A stretch of DNA of 20,000 bases from Seison nebaliae (taxonomy: Eukaryota), in contig JALJEE010002741.1 in NCBI GenBank assembly GCA_023231475.1, forward strand, positions 58,665-78,664, given 5' to 3'. A program made the translations under genes and the position numbers. Of the stretch, positions 1 through 10,774 are shown piece by piece; the first letter of the stretch is position 1, and each line of letters opens with the position of its first letter. The notes beneath the pieces were generated by a model. The model made no database searches. It was not told where the DNA came from and was given only the letters and a program-made list of their open reading frames with translations.

Positions 1-1140
1 TTTCATGAAATCTTTCATCATTTGATTGGAATTGTTCAAAGTGGAACGTCGACTAACTGTTATTTTCTGTAACTCATTACCACAAACATCGCATACTAAT
101 AGATAAGATGTGCAACATGGAGCTGGTAAATGACGACATTGATATAATCGAATAGCTGATGTACGTGACAAATTATTATTTATACGATTCTGAGTTTGAG
201 AATGAGGTAAACGATCAAGTTTAATTGAATTAACATTTAATGTTGGCAAACTTTTCGCTGTTCTCGTTTGATGATAATTGGTCATGTGATTATCGAACGA
301 TTCACTTTCATATTGATCTGAATTTCCATTCTTATTATTTGGATATTGATCACTATTGGACAAGATGGAAGGTGAACTCTTCACCATATGAGTTGTTGAG
401 GGTTCTAAATGAATTTTAGGATTCTTTCGATTATTATCAATAGTTGTTGATTGGACACCGGTATAAATGTAAGTAGATGCATGAAGTTTTTCAATTAGTC
501 GTCGATGTTGTTGGACAGCGATACATAAAATTCTTGCATAAAGTACACTCATGACAACCAATGGGAAATGGAATGATATACAACTTGAGACGATTGCATA
601 AATTCCACTCATTTCTACCGCGCATGAAATATTATTTTCACCTTGTGACTCATGATCAGTAGTTTGATGATCGGTAATATGTAAAGTCTTCGTCTTCCTC
701 TTATCGATGGCGAGAGGAAGAACTGCAATGATGGCACTCAATATCCAAATAATGAAAATGATGTACAATGTGTGACGATGTGTCATTATTCGATGGTATA
801 ATAACGGTCGAGTAATTGCAATATATTTATCAACAGCGACGATACACAAGTGGAATATAGATGCCGTACAACACATGATATCGAATGATATCCATAGATA
901 ACAGAACATTCGATTGATCAAATGATATTGGGGGAAGAGATCAGTGAGAAATGCTGGTGGCATAACTATCAGACCTAACGTCAAATCGGCTGCCGCCAAA
1001 CTACCTAAAACCATATTTGTGGTATGTCTTAATCGACGATAGCGTCGAATGACGATGATGACTAACGCATTTCCGACAATCGTTAAAATAATGATACTTC
1101 CACTGATTATTCCACAGACAATTAACGTAATTTTATTCAT
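1..1140 (-). CDS. Aminergic class A GPCR (dopamine/octopamine-type), TM1-TM5 plus long ICL3, 3' end outside window
   Basis: Manual translation of the minus strand from ATG at 1140 is open for 380 codons to the window edge. Motifs: TM1 GNALV, TM2 LAAADL...VMP, TM3 CYLWISFDIMCCTASIFHLCIVAVDKY (Asp3.32 at 880-882), ICL2 ITRPLLY, TM4 W, TM5 YAIVSSCISFHFP (serines at 5.42/5.43/5.46 typical of catecholamine/octopamine receptors). In-frame stop just upstream at 1156-1158. Confidence 0.93.
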   Translation of the reverse strand, partial: MNKITLIVCGIISGSIIILTIVGNALVIIVIRRYRRLRHTTNMVLGSLAAADLTLGLIVMPPAFLTDLFPQYHLINRMFCYLWISFDIMCCTASIFHLCIVAVDKYIAITRPLLYHRIMTHRHTLYIIFIIWILSAIIAVLPLAIDKRKTKTLHITDHQTTDHESQGENNISCAVEMSGIYAIVSSCISFHFPLVVMSVLYARILCIAVQQHRRLIEKLHASTYIYTGVQSTTIDNNRKNPKIHLEPSTTHMVKSSPSILSNSDQYPNNKNGNSDQYESESFDNHMTNYHQTRTAKSLPTLNVNSIKLDRLPHSQTQNRINNNLSRTSAIRLYQCRHLPAPCCTSYLLVCDVCGNELQKITVSRRSTLNNSNQMMKDFMK

Positions 1141-4100
1141 ACTAAATAATTTGATTTATTTGTATGGATTGTTGTCTTAATAAGAATGATCATTTGAGAG
1201 GACAGAATAAAGCAGAATAGGAATAATGCAATAGAATATCTGGAAAGAACTGAAAGAGAAGAGAAATATTTGGTTACTAGTAAATTTTAAAATGAAATTG
1301 ATATGAATATTTCATGCAAATTTTGAATAATGAATGTCGTTCTCCTTCCCCATCTCTGACAATTCGCTTGCTCATAATTCAAGAAAGTATTCTTTTCAAT
1401 CCTCTTCATTAATTAACGTACACTTATTTCAACCAATTCTCTCCGAGACAAATTGACTCGATTCTTCAGTTAACTACTTACATATTCTATATTGTCTATG
1501 ATTATGTCACAAATTATATAATGCATTATGTATCATGATTCTAGATTGTTGACGAATAAGATGATGATGATGATAAATGATAGTACACAGATTGAACACA
1601 TATACTCATGCATATCATTGCTCCTTTCAATGGAATTTTTTCTCGTTAGAGTTGATAGTGTTGGGGAATAATTCTCGTAAAAATTGATGATGAGGGGGTA
1701 ATGCACAAATCTTTATAAATTAATTTTCTATTTTACTTCAATGCCACACTCATTGAGTTGAGGAGGTTTGTGCGGGAAAGTTATGATGAAAATTTATTTC
1801 TACCCGGTAAATGTTCAATAACTAATTATCAACCGTGAAGGAAAGGAGTTAAGATATCCCTTCAATCTGGTTTTTCCCGTACACATTTGCTAATATTCTT
1901 TCGGTGGAACAAGAAGAAGAAGAAAGTTTCCTTCCTTCTTCATTCTTTATCCTCACAACAATTGAAGTGGGAGATAAGTGGATGAATAATAAGGGAGAAG
2001 AATGACACCGAACAATAACAATAAATTAGCAACAACTATTAATGAGAATATTCTTCAATTAATATCCTTTTCATCATAATATCATTATAATGTTCATTTA
2101 ATCTCCAACTACTCTTTCATTTCTGTCGTCAATTCGGTGAATTAATTTAATTTCTGTTATTGTACAATAAAATCGATTAAACATATATTAGCTTATATGT
2201 TTGAATTGTGAAACTGAATTTCTTGTACCACTCTTATGGCAACTGCTTAATTCGGTTAATTGAAATAACTAAACTTGAACAATACCTAATTTTCCATAAA
2301 CATACCCTCCCGCCACTTACCATCTCGACCAACACTATCTACCAATTCATACAAATTACAAGACGATTACTAATCGATATTTTACCAATAGACAATCTCT
2401 CATTCAAATGGCAATAAAGCAACTGTATTTTCATTATCTTTCCTCTTCCATTGATAATTTGAGTGCCATTTTCCTTTTGTATATGATTCGCATCGTTATC
2501 TTTGGAGTTTCGTTTGACGAAATGGATTAAAATAGTTTCTTCTTTATTAGATTATATAATTACATCCAAATACTTTCCATCATTATGACAAATGATATAA
2601 TTATATCTATATCGATTTATGCTACGAAAAAATCTTCTTTCCACCAAATTTCTTTTTTCTTTTTACTATTCCATCTGCACGATGGTCGATTATGACGTAT
2701 GGTTGGAGAGATTTGGGGAGGAATATAAGAGAATATATAAGAGAATTACGATTCTTCCATTCATTCATCTTCTTTAATAACAATATCGATTTATCAAATT
2801 ATCGTAAATGAAAATCTATATCAATGTCCTTCAATTTTACACGACGATTTGATGCCATCATAATTAATAAATTAATGAATAAATGAATGATCGATATATT
2901 TCTTCTCCCATCTATCTGCATGAATAGAGATGCACAAACAGAAGAGAAAACTCTTTCTCAAAAAAACGATGATCATGTTCATGCATGTAATCTTAACTAA
3001 TATTTAACACTATTTCCATTTGCAATAAGTCTCTTTTTCAACATTTATTGTTTTATAGTCGAATGAAAACACTTTTCTTATATATATGTACAAACTCCAA
3101 ACTTTTTTATGGGATATTATGAAAATCGATAAAATATCTCACATATAAATAACTTTCATTTTGAGCACTCTTAACATCTTGCATTTTTATCGATCAAACC
3201 TTTCAATTACTTTCAACTTCATTTACCGCAGTAATAAGACCCAATGAAAGAAGATGTTGTCCCATAGTCACCAAAAAAGATAAACTATTAAAACGTAGTA
3301 GAAACTATAATATGGTAAATTTTAAATGAAGAACGTGAAACAATTCCTAATCTAATATTGGTTTAAGAGAATAATTAGATAGATACATCTGAGAATTAGA
3401 TGAAAGATTTCCGATATAATTCCTACAACAAATGACTTTTCAACCATACAACATATCAGTTCTTCACATACCTTCTTTCTTCGTTTTCTTTTTTGGTATT
3501 TGCTTCTTATACATTATCATCAACATTTTTCTTTACCTACTATAATTATTGTTATTCTGAATTGAAAGGGATCGCTTTTCTTTCGTCATGCCGAATATTC
3601 AGCCTGGATATCCGGTTTCAATAATGCGATATATCCACCAAATACTTTAATAATATAACTTTCCAAAATAACTCATTTTCATTTACGTGTCATTACTTAT
3701 TTCTAATAATTGAAAAGAAATTATTATTCGTAAGAATTTTTCAGGAAGAAAGAACATTCACACATCCAACAAACTTCAAATTTCGAGACAGACATACAAT
3801 ACATAAGTTAAATATAAATGTTCATTCTCCAAAAACTAAATAGGAATATTTACCCCATAACTTCGACGATTCTCCTCCTTTTTAATTGTTGTCGTCTGAT
3901 GTGATGGAATTGAAATGAAAAACTTCAAAAATCATTAATAATATCCGATTTCTTCAAATGTTTCAAATATTTACTTTTAATTTGGAACGATCTCCGATGA
4001 AAGAAAAGGTAAGGAAATTATTTAATGATCATAATCGTAATCAATTTTCAAAGAATTTGTTGATTTTCAGGCAAAAAAAGTAAAACTGATTAATTGTTGA

Positions 4101-4207
4101 AATTATCATAAATGAATATTCAAGTGATCAGTGGAAATTGTTTTTGATGGCCAACCTAGAAAAATCTAAATCTTTCGCTACAAATAACAAATAATTTTTC
4201 CATACCC

Positions 4208-4488
4208 GGACAGTTCTACTCCTTCAGATTTCTGCTCCCAAATTGAAAAAAAAAGACAGATCTACTCCCTAAAAAACGGACAGATCTACTCCTTTTTCCA
4301 AAAATTCGGACAGTTCTACTCTTTTTTCCAAAAATTCGGACAGTTCTACTCCTTTTTTTGGAATTTTTGTACAGTTTTTCTCTTTCTTTCGAAAAAATTC
4401 GGACAGTTTTACTCTTTTCGTTAGAATTATAACATATATCATGTTTAATGTAAATTTTACATTATTGCTAAAAGGACAGTTTTTACTG
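4208..4488 (+). repeat. Array of GGACAG(T/A)TCTACTC motif, left arm, ~30 bp period
   Basis: Copies start at 4208, 4254, 4278, 4308, 4338, 4369 (degenerate), 4401 and 4474, separated by A/T tracts. Confidence 0.9.
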
Positions 4489-4919
4489 TTTATCAGGCAA
4501 CAAGACGTTTTTATTAATTTGGGAACATAAACCCTCAATACAAACATATGAAAACGAGCTAATCAGAGTTTTCAAATATGAGAGTCTTCAGTATAATTAA
4601 TTTCTCAAAGGTGAGAATAAAATAAGAAAAAGCAACGATATTTCAAAAGGTAAAACATTAAAAAATCTTGTGAACGAATTTCAATTAATGTCAGTCAACA
4701 GTTTCTTTTTTTCAATTAATAATATTAATTGATATATATAATATAAATAAATAATCTTAATCTGTTTAATTATTATCACGGGGAAATATAGTTGTTCCGA
4801 CTTTTAATTTTCTAAATTAAAAAAAACGTCTTGTTGGCGGATAAACAGTAAAAACAGTCGATTTAGAAAAAACTGCAGAATGTACATGGAAGATGATATA
4901 TGTCATAATTCTAACGAAA

Positions 4920-5127
4920 GGAGTACAACTGTGCGAATTTTTCTAAAGAAACAGAAAAAAAGTCCAACAATTCCAAAAAAAAGTAGAACTGTCCGAATTA
5001 AAAAAAAAAGGAGTAGAACTGTTCGACCTTTTCGAAAAAGAAGTAGATCTCTCCGATGTAGAAAGAGTTAGTCTGTCCCTTTTTTCCTTTACTAGTGAAT
5101 AGAACTCGTAAGAGACTAAAACTGTCC
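4920..5127 (-). repeat. Inverted array of the same motif (GAGTAGAACTGTCC on + strand), right arm
   Basis: Copies at about 4920, 4981, 5010, 5041, 5065 and 5112-5127. Confidence 0.85.
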
Positions 5128-6030
5128 CCTAATCAATTTGTTAAATAAATTATCAATTTTCTAAACGGAAATTATATGCATCAGTATCATCTTCCATTCC
5201 ATCTAAACATTTCAAGCTATCACATTTCTACAAAATGATCATGACTAAATGTAGAAATTGTAGAGAATCAGAATAATTCAATTTTATCCTTTCAAGATAT
5301 TTCTCTTAGAATATTGGTAAAACATTATGATTGTCCATCAGACAAAATAAACGATATAATAATCAAAAAATATTAATCAATTATATGGACGAAATAGACA
5401 AGTACAATTGATTTAATGTTATTCCCTTGGAACATCCTTCCCAAATTGAAGACAATGTAATAATTTTAAAATTCTTTTATTCACAAAAAAGACACACAAC
5501 TCGTCTCTCTAATTCACTAACAAGCACATATCATTCATGACGGAGTAATTCTTAACCAAATTGAAATAATTTTAGTGGAACCAGTCATGTCAAATTTTCT
5601 TCTAGAAACTTTGGACTTATACCAAAAAATTGTTCCTTGAGCGTAATTTTTTATCGAAGATTAATTTCGACCTTGATAAAGAAGGAAGAAGAAGCAATTT
5701 GTTTATGAATTTAATTTTTTAGAATAATAATTTTTTCAGGTTCGTCTAATCAAATTATATGATAAAGTAATCATATCTTATTCGAATGACGATTATTATT
5801 TATGTTGAAAAACTTTCAATTGTTTGAGGAAATAGATGAAAGAAGAATCATGCATTATATGTGCATGTCGTATATTGAATGATAATAATGTTGGCGAATT
5901 CGGAAAAATATTTTTTAACAAAACAAAAGAAGAAGAATGATGGGAAATTGAACAGAAGAACCATGAGTGGAGAGAATGTGTAAAAGAGGAAGATGGAAAA
6001 CTACCATCGGAGAGATGATTTGTCGATTTG

Positions 6031-8490
6031 TCAATTGACCGAAAATTGTCGATTTTGAGAAGGATCGTTAATGAAAACACTTCGCATTCGATTATATAAA
6101 ATCGCTTTCGCTTCTTTCGTCACGCTCACATGTTCGTCCTTCAGTGTTATACCAATCGTATTGATCGGAATAACATTAGTTACTGTGCCAATTCCTGTTG
6201 TCTGACTTGCACGAAATAAAAATGTTCCATTTAAATTAACAAACTCAGGTCGTCCATTAAAACGGAATTGTACGGTTGCTCGACTACCAGTGATTAATGG
6301 TGCGTCACGTTTCCCATCAACCAATTCGATATTGATGATAGTTGCTGATTGATTGACGCTATTGAGAAAGAGTTTGCATTCGAATCCCACTTCGATACCT
6401 GCCGATCTTTCCCGATCATTTAACGATTCATTTTTTGAATGATAATCTAATAAGAGAATGTTCGCTTCGAATACCCAACAAATTCCAACATGAATATTCT
6501 CCGCTTGATGAATATCGTCTGAGGAATGTATTCGTCGAATTTTCCAATCATTATTCATGGTAGCATCGAGTAAAATTGGATGAATTAATCTCATTCCATG
6601 TCTAATAAATAAGTTTAATTTACGAGATGTTATTATATCACCAGGTGAATTGGCATGATAGGAAGAAGGAAAATAAGCATCAGTCGGACACACTTTTATT
6701 AACAAAGATGCTAATTGACCTGAACTTGCAAATGGAACACACTTTTTTGAAATGTGAATATTCTCCACAATTATTTCGATCAATTCATATTGACGACGTG
6801 GTTGCGCCATCACTTGACATTTACGACGTTTTCGACTTCCTAATATGAGTGACATCGATTCAGCTAAATGATCCATCGTACTATTAATTTGAATTTCACA
6901 TGGACCTAAAAACATTCGGTCTCCATTATGAATAATTCCACGACGAACAACTCCTCCAATAATTATTCCATCATTCATCAATTTCTTCTCAATGAAATTA
7001 CTGTTGTTGTTATTGTTGTTGTTATTTTTTGGTTTGTGATGATGATTCGAATGATCGATGGAAGCGATATTTAACATAGATGGTGTTTCAGTTGGACGTC
7101 GTTTTCTACGTTCACTATAACGAAAATGGTTTGTGAAACAGTCATAAATTTCAAATTCACTTGGTAAATTGTTCATTTTATCAAGAATTGGTCGTTGCAA
7201 TTTTAATTCGAATAAGAATGGTACTAAAATCGATTGAATATTCCTCCCGCTAATACATGAAATTGGAATTATTGGAAAATATTCCGATGGATTATTGAAT
7301 AAATCTAAACTGCAATTTTTAATAAGTTTCTGTAAATTCTCATCAACATCATCATCATCATCATCTAAATGATTATTTGATGTTAATATATGATATCGAA
7401 TTGAATCTAAATTATTTTTATTAGTTGAATTGACATTTGATGAATTCAACAAATTATCGATAAATTTCAAAATTTCCTTACTAATCTGAGATGTATCGTC
7501 CACTTTGGTGACACAAATAATGATTGGAATACTTAACGATTTGGCTAAAGTGAAATGTTGATTGATCAATTCGAAATTATCGATATTATCCTTCAACTGA
7601 TTACTGATACATAAGAGTGCATAATCCGGATGATATGATGTTAAGCCGAAAAGTGTGATATTATAATACTTCCGATCTCCTGCCAAATCGATTAGAAGAA
7701 CTGTAGCGTTCTTATGATATTTGGAATATAATCGTTCTACACTAATTGATGATGTGACACCAGTACGAATTTCATGTCTATGACGAAATAAATTTAAACG
7801 GGAACTACCTTTTCCATCATCCAAATCATTATAAATCATTGTACTACAAAGAGTTGTCTTGCCAGATTGGGAAGCTCCAAGTAAAGCAATTTTTATTAAA
7901 TTATTTGATTGAGACGGTTCCAATTGATTCGACGTGTTGGTTGAAGGTAAACGATTAGAAATTTTAAAATAAATTATATATTTCTTCTTCTTTTTGATTT
8001 GAGCAAAATTATTGATGATATGATTCGTATGTAACGAATCAGATAAACGAACAATATTTGCATAACTCTCAATCAATTCCTTCTTAGTCAGACCGATTAA
8101 TTGACCATTATCGGCGACACCTAATCGATAGAATGCAACGCCTTTCCCTTCAGCTATTCTCCATTTCATTTGAGTTTTCAAATGTTCGAGTCGATTTGAC
8201 GATAATCTCATTAATCGCAACTTATATTCACAATTACCTAAATCGTTTTCTGGCTCAATTTTCAGTTGAGTTATTGATTGTAAATTCTCGTTATGAATTA
8301 ATCCAGAAATTTCTTCCTCACACTTACTTAATAATGCTTTGGAAATGTTTGCTACTTTTCCATCATCACCGCCATCGTCCATTTGATGATTATGACGAAA
8401 TTGCAATTCCGTCCCACTAAACAATTCCAACACTTGATCATTGTCATCATTATCATCATTCTCATCAGTATTAGCTAAGAATGTGAACAT
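6031..8490 (-). CDS. GTPBP2: GTP-binding protein 2-like translational GTPase (GTPBP1/GTPBP2, GP-1 family), divergent, intronless, 819 aa
   Basis: Family N-terminal motifs EPENDLGNCEYKL and LKTQMKWRIAEGKGVAFYRLGVADNG. G1 GASQSGKTT, switch I DDGKGSSRLNLFRHRHEIRTGVTSSIS, G3 DLAG, G4 TKVD, G5 ISCISG. EF-Tu-like domain II (GGVVRRGIIHNGDRMFLGP) and domain III (WVFEANI...VQFRFNGRPEFV...FLFR...GIGTV). The assignment to GTPBP2 rather than GTPBP1 rests on motif similarity only. Confidence 0.9.
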   Translation of the reverse strand: MFTFLANTDENDDNDDNDQVLELFSGTELQFRHNHQMDDGGDDGKVANISKALLSKCEEEISGLIHNENLQSITQLKIEPENDLGNCEYKLRLMRLSSNRLEHLKTQMKWRIAEGKGVAFYRLGVADNGQLIGLTKKELIESYANIVRLSDSLHTNHIINNFAQIKKKKKYIIYFKISNRLPSTNTSNQLEPSQSNNLIKIALLGASQSGKTTLCSTMIYNDLDDGKGSSRLNLFRHRHEIRTGVTSSISVERLYSKYHKNATVLLIDLAGDRKYYNITLFGLTSYHPDYALLCISNQLKDNIDNFELINQHFTLAKSLSIPIIICVTKVDDTSQISKEILKFIDNLLNSSNVNSTNKNNLDSIRYHILTSNNHLDDDDDDVDENLQKLIKNCSLDLFNNPSEYFPIIPISCISGRNIQSILVPFLFELKLQRPILDKMNNLPSEFEIYDCFTNHFRYSERRKRRPTETPSMLNIASIDHSNHHHKPKNNNNNNNNSNFIEKKLMNDGIIIGGVVRRGIIHNGDRMFLGPCEIQINSTMDHLAESMSLILGSRKRRKCQVMAQPRRQYELIEIIVENIHISKKCVPFASSGQLASLLIKVCPTDAYFPSSYHANSPGDIITSRKLNLFIRHGMRLIHPILLDATMNNDWKIRRIHSSDDIHQAENIHVGICWVFEANILLLDYHSKNESLNDRERSAGIEVGFECKLFLNSVNQSATIINIELVDGKRDAPLITGSRATVQFRFNGRPEFVNLNGTFLFRASQTTGIGTVTNVIPINTIGITLKDEHVSVTKEAKAILYNRMRSVFINDPSQNRQFSVN

Positions 8491-9027
8491 ATTGCAACCA
8501 ACTAATCAACAAAATCAATTCTTACATTAGTTAGTAAAATATATTATCTGCCTGTACAACTATCCTACTCAAAAATTTATTTGTGACAACTCATGTTATA
8601 ATTTCTATCACTATCCTTCTTTGAAGTTTCGGCCAACAATTTTTTATGTATCTCTTCAATATAAAGATTATATGTAAATAAGAACGAATTCCTAAAAAGA
8701 GAATTCGACCTCCATCTCCGTAATATTCACAATTGTAGTAAGCAAATTATTATCAGAGTTGATTATCAATTTTCACAAAACAATTTTTTTTTTAAATTCA
8801 ATTTTACATCAAATTAGTTTCTCAAGGTTTGAATCATCCTGTCAATGAAGGAAAAATAATTATCAAACATTGTACTAATTTTACACTTCTTTTTCAAATT
8901 TTATTCGATTATCTAAAATTGAAAACTATTTAAATAGATTCTTCCACTTGTAAAATAGAATCGATAAAGATATTTACAGAAGCATATAACATTAATTTTA
9001 ATGCAAGTTATAAACATAATTAAACTA

Positions 9028-9681
9028 CCGTCATGTGGGGCAAAATGAGAAATTTCGTAATAAGCTTCTTTTTATTAGCCCTTAGTCATTAGCCCTTTTT
9101 AAAATTTCAACATTATTTTTATTTATATATAAAAAAATACATTACGGTATTCATCATTAAAGAAAATTCGGCACCATGATGTATTTTTTTTTATATAAAT
9201 AAAAATAATGTTGAAATTTTAAAATTTTTTTGATTCTTGTCATTTGAAAAATGAGTGTCTCATATTGCCCCAACCACTTCATTTGTAATTATTTTTTTTT
9301 TCCAGCAATTTAACTTTCTAAAAATTTGACAGACTCTAAATAATGAACTAGTCCGCTTCTATGGAGATTTCCAATAATTTTTGATACATCTTATAATGAG
9401 AACAAATTGAATTTTTTTTGGTGAAATAAGTTTAGTCGATCAGCATCATAATCAAAAATATTTTAAAATGGCTGCAACTTTTTTCTTATTTAAAATTCGA
9501 TAAAAATGAATGGAAATTATGAAAGTACGTATTTTTTTAAACCTATAAAACTATTTTAAAAGAAATTTACATATTAGGAAAATGACTAACAAAAGGGCTA
9601 ATTTGTAAGGTTTATTTTTATTTGTAAGGGCTAATAAAAAGAAGCTTGTTACGAAGTGTCTCGTTTTGCCCCACATGATGG
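9028..9681. mobile_element. MITE with 57 bp TIRs and TA target duplication (Tc1/mariner superfamily, probably pogo-like)
   Basis: Left TIR 9028-9084 CCGTCATGTGGGGCAAAATGAG...TTAGCCCTTA and right TIR 9625-9681 match 52/57. Flanked by TA at 9026-9027 and 9682-9683. 654 bp, no coding capacity. Confidence 0.9.
9097..9224. repeat. Long internal palindrome/hairpin inside the MITE (~52 bp arms, ~24 nt loop)
   Basis: 9097-9148 TTTTAAAATTTCAACATTATTTTTATTTATATA...ATACATTACGGT is a near-perfect reverse complement of 9173-9224. Confidence 0.9.
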
Positions 9682-10774
9682 TATGGGATGTACGAACCAA
9701 TTTGTCTATTTGGTTTTAGCAGAATGTTCGTCAAACCGTTTGTCAATTGAGAAATGGTTGATGATTTTTCCTTTACATATTAAATCATTCAGCCCTTTTT
9801 CTTATTCTAATATATATATCTTCTCCCGATTATAAAAATTTTGTAATAAATTTCTCTCCACTCAGTATTCTTTCATCAAATTTCCTTCAACATTTCTCAA
9901 ATGCCAGAGATATGCTCGATCGGAACGATTATGTCGGATTATCGGAGTTCTTAAATGGAAACATCTTGTACGATTACTAATTTACACGGTGTGTTCCGTT
10001 ATAATATCGAAACAGGAATTCTTTTCTTTCTTTTCATCCTACTATTTTTATTTCATTATTTCTTTTTTTAATCCCTCATGGGAATTGTCGAGCGCACATT
10101 GTGGTAATAAATAATAATAATATTCAGAAAAAGACATCCGCACTTGTCTTCGAACAGTTCTTAAGCTTTTTTAAAAATCCCATCCAAGTTTGGGACAAGA
10201 ACAACAATTTAGACAATTAATCACCACTGATAATTTGATTTAAATTTTCTAAATATCCAAATATATTGGATCGAGAGATATGGAATAATTTAGAATCGAA
10301 ATTGTAAAAGGAAGGAAGAAGATTGTAAATTGGTAAATGAGCATTTGTTGTATTTCGAGATAGATATTTAGCATTCAATAAAAAATTGGTTTGATTTGAG
10401 TAACAAATTTCATGTAACAAGGTTGGTTAATTCTTCCATAATAATGTTCCTAGAAAATTAATGACTTATTAAAATTTGAATTTTGAATTATGTCAATTTA
10501 ATTAATGTAGAAGTCGAAGAAATTTCCGTTGAAATTCCTTTAAAAAATTCTAATGCAAATTAAAAAGGAGAATGCACGAATAAAATTGAAATTTAAAAAA
10601 TACAGTCTGACAATCGGAGAGTCACAACATCTGTTTTATATATTTAAAACGATTAGCTTCATTGTGAATGATTTATCGTTGATATTCACTAGTCTCCATC
10701 GAAAACTTGTCGATTAAACATAGTGAGTCGACTGGCCTTCTTTTCTCTGAACTTTAATCATAGGCCTCTAAATA

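Larger units (their letters stand above)
4208..5127. mobile_element. Foldback-like non-autonomous inverted-repeat element (arms ~4208-4520 and ~4814-5127, AT-rich spacer)
   Basis: Arms are reverse complements: 4401-4442 vs 4893-4934 match 38/42 and 4475-4520 vs 4814-4859 match 42/46. Coordinate sums stay at 9334-9335 out to 4208/5127, so the arms are colinear. No transposase ORF and no clear TSD. Confidence 0.75.

Noticed and set aside
2208..2417. 69 aa ORF with GTG start
   Set aside because: Non-ATG start and no motifs, as expected by chance.
3200..4110. Splice-site-like signals on both strands (e.g. AAG|GTAAGG 4009...TTTCAG 4069)
   Set aside because: Only short unrecognisable peptides result. 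This cannot be supported without transcript data.
4208..4420. CRISPR-like appearance of regularly spaced repeats
   Set aside because: The motif is only ~14 bp, the spacers are similar A/T tracts and not unique, the array is mirrored in inverted orientation, there are no cas genes and the context is eukaryotic.
4550..4600. Hammerhead-ribozyme-like CTGAAGA...GAAA on the minus strand in the foldback spacer
   Set aside because: Stem II and the flanking stems do not pair.
4269..5071. ORFs 4269-4547(-) and 4880-5071(+) with repeated peptides
   Set aside because: They are translations of the ~30 bp subrepeats in the foldback arms, with no protein-family motifs.
5170..6020. Possible small multi-exon gene with 30-40 nt GTAAT...AG introns
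   Set aside because: The candidate exon 5492-5544 has stops in all three frames, and no consistent or recognisable protein could be assembled.
6627..8420. Short plus-strand ORFs 6627-6848 and 8133-8420
   Set aside because: Antisense shadows of the GTPase gene.
9700..10460. Coding-like patches and ORF 10217-10420(-)
   Set aside because: No recognisable domain and no consistent exon chain. A divergent spliced gene cannot be excluded.
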